Source: Candidatus Enterousia sp. (lineage in GTDB: Bacteria > Pseudomonadota > Alphaproteobacteria > Rs-D84). From it: 64,000 nt of DNA. Both the position numbers and the translations under genes were made by a program. This document shows positions 29,140-38,771 of this stretch, one piece after another. The notes under the pieces are model-generated. The model searched no databases. It was not told the DNA's origin and saw only the letters and a list, made by a program, of their open reading frames with translations. The first letter of the stretch is position 1. The number at the start of each line of letters is the position of its first letter. Location of the stretch: the NCBI GenBank assembly GCA_045606425.1, contig JAZURV010000004.1, positions 46,353-110,352 on the forward strand, in the 5' to 3' direction.

Positions 29140-29283
29140 CTCGCACGGCACTTTGTGCCGGCTACGCGTCAATCGTAACGATTTCACTACGCTTTGCTTG
29201 TAAAATCTACTGCTTGTCGAACCAGGGTTCTCGTCCATACTGTGCTACAAAATAAAAACACCACCTGACGGTGGTTTTTATTT

Positions 29284-29359
29284 TGGTGGACGCACAGGGA
29301 CTCGAACCCTGGACCCACTGATTAAGAGTCAGTTGCTCTACCAACTGAGCTATGCATCC
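29284..29359 (-). tRNA. tRNA-Lys (CTT), CCA encoded
   Basis: Hand-folded: acceptor GGATGCA/TGCGTCC, anticodon loop CTCTTAA, T-arm CAGGG-TTCGAGT-CCCTG. Confidence 0.9.
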
Positions 29360-29518
29360 AGTGTCATGAATTGTATATGCTTTTTTTGCTAAATGCAAGT
29401 TTTTATCGAAAATCTTCTCTATACGCATTGTTTCCTGGGGTTTAGGCATTCAAACCTGACGATATATCGCAAATAATATTATAGAATACTAATACGGCAA
29501 CTAAAAAAGGAGACCTTT

Positions 29519-30061
29519 ATGAAAACAAAAACTTCACTTATCTTGGCGTCGCTTTGCGGTGTCACACTTTTAACCGCTGGCTGCAGTTCATCTTGTCCGA
29601 CTGGTTCACACACAAAATACGAACATCAGCACAAAAAACACGACAAAAAACAAAAAAAGGCGGAACCTGTCGTTTTTCAACAAAACTATGGTTCCAGTGA
29701 TGTAGATAATGTCCACGCAAAAATGTTCACCCGTTCAGTCAATGGTGGCACATCAGAAATGGGTTATATAAAATTTGACGAAACAGACGACGGTCTGAAA
29801 ATGAATGTAGATTTAATAGATTTGCGTCCAGGCAAAACATACACCGCCCAGGTTTACCAATGTTGGTCATGCAACGAAAGCGTTTGCTGTAATACAGAAG
29901 CGATGAATATAGATTTGCCACAAATCAAAATATCTGAAACTGGCCGCCTGCAACAGTCATACATTATTCGCGGTTTAACCGCCAGCCAATTAAACAACGC
30001 CAAATTAGTATTGACGCGTGACGGCGGATACAAAGCTGCGTGGGGTCAATTAAATCAGTAA
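29519..30061 (+). CDS. lipoprotein with degenerate Cu/Zn-superoxide-dismutase-like fold
   Basis: Lipobox LLTAGC. MGYIKFDETDDGLKMNVDLIDLRPGKTY..CWSC aligns by eye to the SodC core, but the metal-binding His positions are replaced. Confidence 0.4.
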   Translation: MKTKTSLILASLCGVTLLTAGCSSSCPTGSHTKYEHQHKKHDKKQKKAEPVVFQQNYGSSDVDNVHAKMFTRSVNGGTSEMGYIKFDETDDGLKMNVDLIDLRPGKTYTAQVYQCWSCNESVCCNTEAMNIDLPQIKISETGRLQQSYIIRGLTASQLNNAKLVLTRDGGYKAAWGQLNQ

Positions 30062-30074
30062 TTTTTGATTTACA

Positions 30075-30110
30075 AAAAACAGGCACCTTTCCGGTGCCTG
30101 TTGTTTTTTT
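30075..30110. terminator. bidirectional intrinsic terminator
   Basis: AGGCACC-tttcc-GGTGCCT flanked by A-run and T-run, between convergent genes. Confidence 0.7.
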
Positions 30111-31059
30111 ATTTTAATAAAAGAATACTTTTAGTCTCTTTATCAAACCACACATCCTGTGCACCACCATGATTTGCCCCACCAATAATAGATTTGTTTC
30201 CAGTAAAAACCCCCATTATATTACCTTCATCATCAAATATACCACCACCAGAATTTCCTTTCCATACTTGACAATTTTTATCTTTACCATTACTAGAATA
30301 TTCACAATATGACACTTTTAACACATCACCATTTTCAAAAAATTCGTTATAATAAGAATTTTCATTATTACTTAAATACTGCAAAAAATAACTAACAAGC
30401 GGAAAATCTACCCAAACACCATTTTCATAAAATCCCAGCATCTTTTCTTTTCCTGTTGCTTCAACACCCACTTTTTCTTTTAAATATTTAATATACTTTT
30501 CTTTAAACGACTGTATTTCTTTGTCGCTCATGATTTTAAGCGCACCATAGCCAATCACTCTGGCGTCATAATCAAGCGTGAATGGACCAACTCCGAATTT
30601 GTGCTTATTACTAATATTTACCGAATTTAATTCTTTTTCTGAGATTGTATAAAAGGTCCAATCACCAGAATAATTTTGAAAACCACGTTTTATAGTAACA
30701 CCATTCACTACCTGCTTTTCCTCATAAAAATCCCCTACTTCTTTTTTATTTGCTTCAAATATTTTTCCATCTTGTGATTCTGATTTTATTTTATCCACAG
30801 GAGCATTTAAATCATCGATAACACAATGCTTAGCTGTATATAAATATAACTTACCGTCCTTTTTAACAATTGTTCCTGTGCAACGTTTATTTTTATTGTA
30901 TACCATAACTACTGCATTATACGGTTTTTGTTTCTTTTGCTGATCGGTTACATAACAACGTTTATCCACAGTATATTCAGACGGATTTGTACACGCATCC
31001 TTTGCCAAAGATGGTGACAGGAACAAAAAGAATAATAAAGACACAAATATTTTTTTCAT
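30109..31059 (-). CDS. secreted trypsin-like serine protease (S1B/V8-like), copy 2
   Basis: Signal peptide. PYNAVVMV..TGTIV..LYTAKHC (His), DWTFY (Asp), GNSGGGIFD (Ser). ATGA overlap with the upstream gene. Confidence 0.75.
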   Translation of the reverse strand: MKKIFVSLLFFLFLSPSLAKDACTNPSEYTVDKRCYVTDQQKKQKPYNAVVMVYNKNKRCTGTIVKKDGKLYLYTAKHCVIDDLNAPVDKIKSESQDGKIFEANKKEVGDFYEEKQVVNGVTIKRGFQNYSGDWTFYTISEKELNSVNISNKHKFGVGPFTLDYDARVIGYGALKIMSDKEIQSFKEKYIKYLKEKVGVEATGKEKMLGFYENGVWVDFPLVSYFLQYLSNNENSYYNEFFENGDVLKVSYCEYSSNGKDKNCQVWKGNSGGGIFDDEGNIMGVFTGNKSIIGGANHGGAQDVWFDKETKSILLLK

Positions 31060-31958
31060 CTTTTTTTATTTTTATACCCTTTCACGCCTTCTATCCATCC
31101 ACTTAACGATTCATAATAATATTCCGGTTTTATTCCATTTGAAGATGCATCTCTTTCTTGCCCTATAGCAGGTCTTGATACAGAACATAAAATTCCAACT
31201 ATCTCGTTGCTATCAATATCTATCAGTGCCGAACCAGAAAGCCCTGGGGCGCTAGGACAACTTGTATGAATCTCGGAATCTATACTTGTAATTCTACATC
31301 CAGTACGCACTTTCATATTATGACTATCACCAAATATGCACATAAAGCTATCAGTAGGACAATCTACACAATTTGCTTTTTTGTCCACAGAACATGCATG
31401 ATTTCTTTTCAAACTAATTTCTATATCTGCCATCGCTTCATAAGCATTACTTCCTGTGATTCTACCATTTTTTCGCAACCAATCAGTATATAACTGCTTT
31501 ATTATTTTCAATTCATTATTAGATAATGGTTTTAAACTATCGTAACCAACAACCATTAAATTACTTGATTGCCTTGTATTGGCAGCAACTTTTAACACTT
31601 TCCCAGAAAAAGCATCTGGATTAACTATCCATGCAAAATCATGTTCATCTTTATTATCTTGCAAATATTGTCCAACCATACCAGAGTGTTTTTTCCCATC
31701 CGAGGTATAATAATCTATCATTTTTTCTGATCCGGTATTATCAACTACATGTCTACAAGTTAAAATTATATCTTCAGATACAAAAGTTCCTGTACCTGGG
31801 CTTCCGTTATCTTCAATCCTGACCACAGTATTATATGGGAACAAAGATTTCTCTTCTTGTGTAACATATCTACGCGAATCTCCACCATAACCAACCATAT
31901 CACCCAAACAAAAACAAGGAAAAAACATAATAAAAAAAGATATATATTTTTTTATCAT
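31056..31958 (-). CDS. secreted trypsin-like serine protease (S1B/V8-like), copy 1
   Basis: Signal peptide. PYNTVVRI..GTGTFV..ILTCRHV (His), DFAWI (Asp), GLSGSALID (Ser). ATGA overlap with the upstream A-family gene. Confidence 0.75.
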   Translation of the reverse strand: MIKKYISFFIMFFPCFCLGDMVGYGGDSRRYVTQEEKSLFPYNTVVRIEDNGSPGTGTFVSEDIILTCRHVVDNTGSEKMIDYYTSDGKKHSGMVGQYLQDNKDEHDFAWIVNPDAFSGKVLKVAANTRQSSNLMVVGYDSLKPLSNNELKIIKQLYTDWLRKNGRITGSNAYEAMADIEISLKRNHACSVDKKANCVDCPTDSFMCIFGDSHNMKVRTGCRITSIDSEIHTSCPSAPGLSGSALIDIDSNEIVGILCSVSRPAIGQERDASSNGIKPEYYYESLSGWIEGVKGYKNKKR

Positions 31959-32905
31959 TTTAAAACCTCTTCACAACGCTGTGCAGATTTCATCAATTTT
32001 TTTGTTAATGTTATCAACGAGATATTGAAACCTGTTTCTGCGGCTCCTGTTGCTATGTTTGTACCCGCCATTATATTTGCAGTTGTATTTAACGCCTGTC
32101 CTTTCTTCTTGTCTTTTTCGCTTAAATTCATCCTGTTTTCCATATTTGTATATTTATCAGAGTTTGCAGCGGCACTGGTTACCGTCCCAACAACACCAAC
32201 AGCCGTTCCTGCTATAGAAGTCCCCATAACGACTTTCATTCGATTTTCTATTTTTTCAATATCTTTTGTGTTTATTTGATTACACCACGTACGAACTTTA
32301 TCTAACTGTTTAACAACAACACTCTCATTTGGGTTTACGCCTGCCCTTTTTAATTCTAAACTTGTATCAGAAACAGTTTTTATGACCGCATTACAAGCCG
32401 ACACATGCTGAACAAGTTCTGATTGTTTTGTATTCAATCCAGACATTATTGCTGATGCTAAATTTGTACCGATTGTCCCCGCCAACAAGCCCGTCCGCCA
32501 ATTACCCAATTTCTTTGATTTATCAATTTTCTTTTGCAATTCAGCAATTTGTGCCATTGGTTGTAAAACATTTGTAAAAAATTGTTCGTCACTCATAGCT
32601 TCTACACCTTCGGCCGTACACCCACCAGACGCACAAATTTGTTCAACCAATTCATCTATTTCTTTGTCTTCTTGTGATTTTTTAATTCCGGCGTACAATG
32701 CCCCACCTGCCGCAACCGTTCCAACAGCAGTAACTGCTGTATTCGCTTTTGAAATATTTGCCACTTTTCCTATTTCATCAGAAATCCCTGAACATGCGAT
32801 TTGTGCAGCTTCAAAAACTTGTTCGGCTTGTTTTACTACCCCCATATCATCAGCAATTGATGTAAAAGGAATAAGGAATAAAAAGAATATATATAATTTT
32901 TTCAT
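31955..32905 (-). CDS. A-family secreted/membrane-associated protein, paralog 3
   Basis: Signal peptide MKKLYIFFLFLIPFTSIA plus the shared family motifs (NTAVTAVGTVAAGG, GNWRTGLLAG, VGTVTSAAANSDK, C-terminal C..VLK). Confidence 0.7.
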   Translation of the reverse strand: MKKLYIFFLFLIPFTSIADDMGVVKQAEQVFEAAQIACSGISDEIGKVANISKANTAVTAVGTVAAGGALYAGIKKSQEDKEIDELVEQICASGGCTAEGVEAMSDEQFFTNVLQPMAQIAELQKKIDKSKKLGNWRTGLLAGTIGTNLASAIMSGLNTKQSELVQHVSACNAVIKTVSDTSLELKRAGVNPNESVVVKQLDKVRTWCNQINTKDIEKIENRMKVVMGTSIAGTAVGVVGTVTSAAANSDKYTNMENRMNLSEKDKKKGQALNTTANIMAGTNIATGAAETGFNISLITLTKKLMKSAQRCEEVLK

Positions 32906-32919
32906 TTACGTACCGTTTT

Positions 32920-34380
32920 TCAATTCTTTAAATATTTTGTTGGGTTATATGCTTTTGTACCCTTACGAATTTCAAAATGCAGTTGTGGTTGGTCAACCTT
33001 GCCTGTTTTGCCGACGCGTCCGATTTGTCCCCCAACATTGACACGACTTCCGCGTTTAACCGACATAGAATCCAAATGCGCATAAATTGTCATCCAACCA
33101 TCGGCATGCTGAATAATAATCAAATTTCCCATACCCTTTACTTCATTCCCAGCATACGCAACAACACCGTTTTCTGCCGCCTTTACCGCGGTTCCCAACC
33201 CGGCAGCAATATTTATACCATCATTAAATAACCCATTGTTTTTTGCACCATACGCAGACAAAATCCGTCCACGAACAGGCCACGAAAATTTAGACCCAGA
33301 CCGCGCCGCAATTTGTGGCAATTGTTTTTTTGGATTTGACGATATCTTCTTTGTGTTTGTTGTTTTATTTGTCGCAACCTTAGGCTGCAGCACAGTTTTT
33401 GATGTTGTTTTGGCAGACGCAACAGATTTGATTTCTTTTGTTTTTGGCGCCTGTGCAACAGTTTTCTTTGCCGGTGTAATTTTATTAGTTGTTGATTTTA
33501 CTGGCACCTGCTTCACATCAGACACAGAAACAGTTTTAACCTCTTTCAATTTTGGAACCTTGATTTTTTGACCAACTGCCAAAGTAAACGGACTGGACAA
33601 TTTATTCATAACTGCCAAATCATTGACTGGAATTTCATATTTACGCGACAGAGAATACAAAGTGTCACCCTTTGCCACAATGATTTCTTGCAAATCAACG
33701 CGCGTTGTTGCATTTGGTTTAACAGGTTCTGGAACCACAGTTTTTTCAGATTTTATTTCGGCAACTTTTTCAACCGATATGACATTTGGCACATCTTTTT
33801 TTACAGTGACCGAACCACTTCGCGTTGTCAATTTTTGTCCGATGGATAAAGTATACGGTTCATGCAAATTATTTATCTCTGCCAATTCGGACATGCTGAT
33901 TCCGTTTTTGCGCGCCAAAGAATATAATGTATCACCCCTTTGCACGACAATTATTCCAGCGTCGGTTTTTTGCACTTCTTTCTTTTCTGCGACTTCGTCA
34001 ACCACAGTATTTCCACCATACAGCGGAACGACAATATAGTCATCAGGAATTTCAGAAACCACTAATTCTTCTGTTTTTGCATCTGGTATTTCTTCATCTT
34101 TTGATTCAGGAACCAAAACATAATCATCAACACTGGCATACAGAACATAATCATCTATGTTTGCAGAACCATACAATTCTGGTGACGCATAGACCCCGTA
34201 ATCGGTCACCGCAGAATTATATATTTCAGGCTGAATATTTGGGTCTGCCAACAACGCCGGATATCTGTCTTCGATAAACATACCGATACTGTCAGGAATC
34301 GACGAAATTTTTGGTTGCAAATCACATGCGCACAACACCAGCGCACACATAACAGTCGCTTTAAATATATTTTTCCACAT
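32920..34380 (-). CDS. LysM-domain / M23 peptidase lipoprotein (NlpD-like)
   Basis: Lipobox VLCAC from the ATG at 34380, two LysM repeats (GDTLYSL.RK..I), and a C-terminal M23 domain (IIIQHADGW.T.YAHL, PQLHFEIRK). Confidence 0.85.
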   Translation of the reverse strand: MWKNIFKATVMCALVLCACDLQPKISSIPDSIGMFIEDRYPALLADPNIQPEIYNSAVTDYGVYASPELYGSANIDDYVLYASVDDYVLVPESKDEEIPDAKTEELVVSEIPDDYIVVPLYGGNTVVDEVAEKKEVQKTDAGIIVVQRGDTLYSLARKNGISMSELAEINNLHEPYTLSIGQKLTTRSGSVTVKKDVPNVISVEKVAEIKSEKTVVPEPVKPNATTRVDLQEIIVAKGDTLYSLSRKYEIPVNDLAVMNKLSSPFTLAVGQKIKVPKLKEVKTVSVSDVKQVPVKSTTNKITPAKKTVAQAPKTKEIKSVASAKTTSKTVLQPKVATNKTTNTKKISSNPKKQLPQIAARSGSKFSWPVRGRILSAYGAKNNGLFNDGINIAAGLGTAVKAAENGVVAYAGNEVKGMGNLIIIQHADGWMTIYAHLDSMSVKRGSRVNVGGQIGRVGKTGKVDQPQLHFEIRKGTKAYNPTKYLKN

Positions 34381-34435
34381 CTTCACATTCTGAATTATAT
34401 CATAAAATCGGTGTAAAATAAAATACTTATACAAA

Positions 34436-35137
34436 CTAGTCACGCATAAATAACAAACTGATTTCGAACAAAACCAACATTGGCAAAGCCAACAAAATCT
34501 GGGACATAATATCGGGCGGTGTCAACATCGCACCCAAAACAAACGCGCCAATTATCACATACCGACGGCTTTTAATCGCGCTTTCTTTGGATAATAAACC
34601 TGCCCTGTTCAACCCAACCAGCACCAATGGCAATTGAAACACCAAACCAAAAACCTTTAACAACCCAATTGAAAAAGCCAAATATCCCTTTATCGATGGC
34701 ATCAGAACCGTTGGAACAGATACCGCTTCGTTTATTTCAACAAAAAATCCAAACACCACCGGAAACAAGACATAGAACGCAAACGCCGCCCCCAATACGA
34801 ACAACAACGGCGACAACACAAATATAGGTACTAAAAATTGCTTTTCATTTTTATGTAATCCCGGTGCGATATATGCCCAAATATTCCACAACAACACCGG
34901 CACAGTTATAATCAGTGCGACCAATGTAGCCAATGAAAACTGTATCATTAAACCATCTGTTATTTCTGTGTACAACAACGCCGCATTATCCCACACATTT
35001 ATCAGGGGCGTGGTCAAAAACACCTCTGTCCAATCAGATATAACCCAACCAAAAACGAACGCTATGATAAACACCACCGCAGTCCACAGCATACGACGAC
35101 GCAATTCTGCAAAATGTTGCATCAGTGTCATTTTCAT
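34436..35137 (-). CDS. tatC: twin-arginine translocase subunit TatC
   Basis: HF.ELRRR N-terminus and 6-TM TatC pattern. Confidence 0.9.
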   Translation of the reverse strand: MKMTLMQHFAELRRRMLWTAVVFIIAFVFGWVISDWTEVFLTTPLINVWDNAALLYTEITDGLMIQFSLATLVALIITVPVLLWNIWAYIAPGLHKNEKQFLVPIFVLSPLLFVLGAAFAFYVLFPVVFGFFVEINEAVSVPTVLMPSIKGYLAFSIGLLKVFGLVFQLPLVLVGLNRAGLLSKESAIKSRRYVIIGAFVLGAMLTPPDIMSQILLALPMLVLFEISLLFMRD

Positions 35138-35400
35138 TTTTTACGCGTCCGTTTTTGTTTTTTTATTGGTTCACCAAAAATGTCGTTTGTCGCATTTTCC
35201 AACAAATCATCTATTGGTTTTTCCAAATCTATTCTTTGTTGTAAATTTTCTGAAAAATCGGTTATTTTCCAAACGATATTGCGAATATACTTAAATACAC
35301 GCGCGAAAAACTTTACAACATCAGGCCAATATTTTGCCGGCACAACACAAATTGCGACCAATAAAATTACTAAAAATTCGGTCCAACTTATCCCCAGCAT
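35134..35400 (-). CDS. tatB: TatA/TatB-family protein (likely TatB)
   Basis: N-terminal TM helix plus amphipathic helix. Overlaps the tatC start. Confidence 0.65.
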   Translation of the reverse strand: MLGISWTEFLVILLVAICVVPAKYWPDVVKFFARVFKYIRNIVWKITDFSENLQQRIDLEKPIDDLLENATNDIFGEPIKKQKRTRKK

Positions 35401-35408
35401 TTTAAACC

Positions 35409-36023
35409 TTAGTCATAAAAATCATCGCCTTCATTAGTAGATGCAGTCTTGTGACGCGATAATTGAAAATAGTTTTTTCCAAAATCAGTTTTTGTTTTCA
35501 AATCATTAAACACCACATCTGTTTTCGCAGATGTTGCATCAACCACAGACCAAGATTTTAATTTTACGGGCTTTTTATCAAATACAACATCCATGTGCCC
35601 CAGGCCTTCTTGGTCGCGCAGATTCATTTTTAATGTAAAAGTGTTTTTATCAGACGCTGTTTCGTAAACATTTATATCTGCATTTTGTAAATCTATATTT
35701 TTACGAACCAGGATACCTGCCGGCGTACTGGTCAATGGGACAGTTGTAATTTGGTCCAATGATTTATCATAAAAATATAAATCTTTACCATCAGAAATAA
35801 GTTGTATTGGCGCGTTTTTATAATCTAATCTGACACGACCCGGGCGCAACATTGAAAAAGTTCCGTTTTGTGTTTTACCATTTGCAGTCTGTGTAAATCC
35901 ACCATTTAATCCGGTTATAGAATTCAGATACTTTTCTGCATCACGAACCAAATTTTTGTCCACAGCCGCATTTGCGACAGATTCAACAAACAACACACAC
36001 AAAGCCAGTAATATTTTTTTCAT
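35409..36023 (-). CDS. lolA: outer-membrane lipoprotein carrier LolA
   Basis: F.Q......G.FSMLRPGRVRLDY..P....ISDGKDLYFYD pattern. Confidence 0.8.
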   Translation of the reverse strand: MKKILLALCVLFVESVANAAVDKNLVRDAEKYLNSITGLNGGFTQTANGKTQNGTFSMLRPGRVRLDYKNAPIQLISDGKDLYFYDKSLDQITTVPLTSTPAGILVRKNIDLQNADINVYETASDKNTFTLKMNLRDQEGLGHMDVVFDKKPVKLKSWSVVDATSAKTDVVFNDLKTKTDFGKNYFQLSRHKTASTNEGDDFYD

Positions 36024-36026
36024 TTC

Positions 36027-36977
36027 CTACATTCCCTTGAAAGCGTTTATTATTTTTGTACGAACATTTTCCAGACTGTCTTCAACCACAGCCCCCGCCG
36101 CACACAAATGTCCGCCACCACCAAAAGATTCAGCAATCTGATTTATCGGCGTTTGACGCGAACGAATTGAAATGCCTATGCGACCTTCTTTTTGTTCTTT
36201 TAACAAAACCACATACTGCACACCACGAATTTGCCCCAACAAAGACAAAACTATTTCACCGCGTCCGTCCAGTTTTTTATAGTCTTCGTGATTTAATGTC
36301 GCAATTGCCAGACGGCCACGCATTAAAAATTCTGCTTCTGACACTACTTTTGCTTCTACCAAGACAGTTTTCTTGTCTTTGTTTTTCAACAAATTTGTCA
36401 GGCGTGAAACATCTGCCCCGGCGTCCACCAACCTGGCAGAATCTTTAAATACATCACTGTGTTTAACAAATCTGAAATGACCCGTATCAGTAATTATAGC
36501 CAACATCAACAAATCAACGACATCACTATCGACATTGAAATTTGCCACCTTTACCATATCAAAAATTATCTGGGCTGTGGCGGCCTTTTCTTCGTTGTCA
36601 AAGCATAAATTTCCAACCAAATCGTCATTAAAGTGATGATCAAATTCAATCACAAAATCGGCAGAATTCACATATTTTTCAATTTCACCCAAATGCTTTC
36701 TGGTTCCATAATCGACCAATATATACAAATCAAATTTTGCGTTATCTGGAATATTTTTGTGAAACACAGCATCGGCACGCATCGGCACATTATCTAAATC
36801 GCGCGGAACATTTCCATCGTATATGACCGTGGCTTGTTTACCGAAATTTAATTCTATTATTCTTTTCAGCGCCAATGCAGAACAAAGTGCATCACCATCT
36901 AAATTTTTATGCCCAGATATAGCGATTGTTTTCGCATTTTGTACTTTTTCTATAAAAACCCGTGTTTTTTCCATCAT
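36027..36977 (-). CDS. nrnA: DHH/DHHA1 phosphoesterase (NrnA-like oligoribonuclease/pAp phosphatase)
   Basis: GHKNLDGDAL, FDHH and GGGGH motifs. Confidence 0.8.
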   Translation of the reverse strand: MMEKTRVFIEKVQNAKTIAISGHKNLDGDALCSALALKRIIELNFGKQATVIYDGNVPRDLDNVPMRADAVFHKNIPDNAKFDLYILVDYGTRKHLGEIEKYVNSADFVIEFDHHFNDDLVGNLCFDNEEKAATAQIIFDMVKVANFNVDSDVVDLLMLAIITDTGHFRFVKHSDVFKDSARLVDAGADVSRLTNLLKNKDKKTVLVEAKVVSEAEFLMRGRLAIATLNHEDYKKLDGRGEIVLSLLGQIRGVQYVVLLKEQKEGRIGISIRSRQTPINQIAESFGGGGHLCAAGAVVEDSLENVRTKIINAFKGM

Positions 36978-38728
36978 ATTGCAATATCTTCCAGTATAAA
37001 TTGTGCGTTTACGCGACCATTATAGTCATTTTCTTTCAATTTGCCCAACATCATCATTGTAGTATTTGTATTCGCATCGTCCAGTAAAAAATCACCAACC
37101 GGGGTTCCAACCAAATTGAATCCAACAAATGGCAACTGGTTACCATTACTGCAACGAACCATGCCGCGCACATGCGCCCCATTTCCCATAACTGTCACAT
37201 ATTTCAACACGGCCCCACGCAACACCAGTGTTGGTTCAGGATTACTTTGACCAAATGGCGCCAGTTCAGATAATTTTTCAACCAATCGCATATCTGCACT
37301 GCCCGCGTCAATTTGAGCATCGACAAAAATTTCGGGACTGGGTTTATTTCCACCCAACTGGTCATAGACCGATTTTTCCAGAAAATCGCAAAAATCCTGT
37401 TCCCGGTCCGCGTTTAAAGTAAAACCCGCTGCCGCGGCATGCCCGCCGCCTTCTGATAAAATTCCCAAAGCCAACGCTTCATGAATAATTTTACCCAAAT
37501 CGATTTCTGGTATCGAACGACCGGAACCATTTATGGTGCCGTCCCCGCGCGTTGCAACACATGTTGGTAAATTATATTTATCTTTTAACCGACCCGCAAT
37601 AATTCCCATCACACCACCGTGCCAGTTATCACCACAAACGAACAAACTGCATTTACCGTTCCTGCAACATCTGTCTGCGATATCTGCAGCGTCCACCATA
37701 ATTGCGTTTTGTATATCGATTCGTTCCTGATTCATTCGGTGCAATTTATTTGCTAAATCATTTGCAATCAACGGGTTGTCCGTCAACAGCAATTCCAGCG
37801 CCGGCGCTGCAGAATCCAATCGACCCGCTGCGTTCAAACGGGGACCCAGCGCAAAACCAACCGCATACACAGATGGTTTTTTAATCCCTGCCAAATCCAT
37901 CAGTGTTCGCAATCCCAGATTTTGCCGCAATCCCATAACCTTTAATCCTGTTGAAACAAAAGCGCGATTTAATCCAATCAACGGCATCGTATCGCAAATT
38001 GTCCCCAGCGCAACAAAATCCATGTAATTTAATAAATTTATTTGTGGTCTGGACGCATTAAAAAATCCCCTGTTTTTCAATTCGCGATTTAAAGAAACCA
38101 ATGTCAAAAACGCGACACCAACCCCCGCCAGAAATGACAAATCCGATGTATCATCGATTCGTTTTGGGTTCACAACTGCGTCTGCATTCGGCAATACCGA
38201 ATCTGGCGAATGATGGTCAGTTATAACAACTTTTAATCCTAATTCTTTGGCACGCGCAACCTCTGCATTACCACTGATACCGCAATCAACAGTTATCATC
38301 AACGAAACGCCACTTTTCGCGATTTGTTCAATCGCCGCAACATTTAAACCATATCCTTCGCCTTCCCTGGTTGGCAGATGCCACGAAACATCAACACCCA
38401 ACTTTTGTAAATACTTCACAAAAATCGCAGTAGAAGTAATTCCATCAACATCATAATCCCCGTATATTGCGATTTTTTCATTATTGCATATAGCATCTGC
38501 AATAACGCGTGTCGCGATATCCATATCTTTCAATACAGACGGGTCTTGCATATACTCTTTAATTGAAGGATTCAAAAATCTGGCCACGGCATCATCACCG
38601 ACGATACCACGCGTCAACAATATATGTTTTACTAAATTTTTTGTATCGTTTGAATCCGTTCCTGGATTATAATCATCCGACACAGTCCATGCCTTACCCA
38701 GCATGGATTTTTCTACTATCTTACGCAC
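36974..38728 (-). CDS. recJ: single-stranded-DNA-specific exonuclease RecJ
   Basis: IYGDYDVDGITS, TVDCG, ITDHH and GGGHAAAAG motifs. Confidence 0.95.
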   Translation of the reverse strand: MRKIVEKSMLGKAWTVSDDYNPGTDSNDTKNLVKHILLTRGIVGDDAVARFLNPSIKEYMQDPSVLKDMDIATRVIADAICNNEKIAIYGDYDVDGITSTAIFVKYLQKLGVDVSWHLPTREGEGYGLNVAAIEQIAKSGVSLMITVDCGISGNAEVARAKELGLKVVITDHHSPDSVLPNADAVVNPKRIDDTSDLSFLAGVGVAFLTLVSLNRELKNRGFFNASRPQINLLNYMDFVALGTICDTMPLIGLNRAFVSTGLKVMGLRQNLGLRTLMDLAGIKKPSVYAVGFALGPRLNAAGRLDSAAPALELLLTDNPLIANDLANKLHRMNQERIDIQNAIMVDAADIADRCCRNGKCSLFVCGDNWHGGVMGIIAGRLKDKYNLPTCVATRGDGTINGSGRSIPEIDLGKIIHEALALGILSEGGGHAAAAGFTLNADREQDFCDFLEKSVYDQLGGNKPSPEIFVDAQIDAGSADMRLVEKLSELAPFGQSNPEPTLVLRGAVLKYVTVMGNGAHVRGMVRCSNGNQLPFVGFNLVGTPVGDFLLDDANTNTTMMMLGKLKENDYNGRVNAQFILEDIAI

Positions 38729-38771
38729 TCTTCACTCTTTTTTTTATTGTCGGTATAATTATAATATAAAA

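Noticed and set aside
29119-29240. tmRNA (ssrA), one-piece or two-piece
   Set aside because: Only the 5' motif (GGACGAG..CCTGGTTCGAC) is tmRNA-like. The element is ~120 nt and lacks a T-arm 5' strand. Acceptor position 3:70 is A-U rather than G-U, and the candidate tag frame does not end in the usual Ala-Ala. It is kept only as a possible integration scar.
28921-29449. ORFs 28921..29238 (-) and 29207..29449 (-)
   Set aside because: They overlap tRNA-Lys, its terminator and the duplicated tRNA fragment. Their sequence features are explained by the RNA gene.
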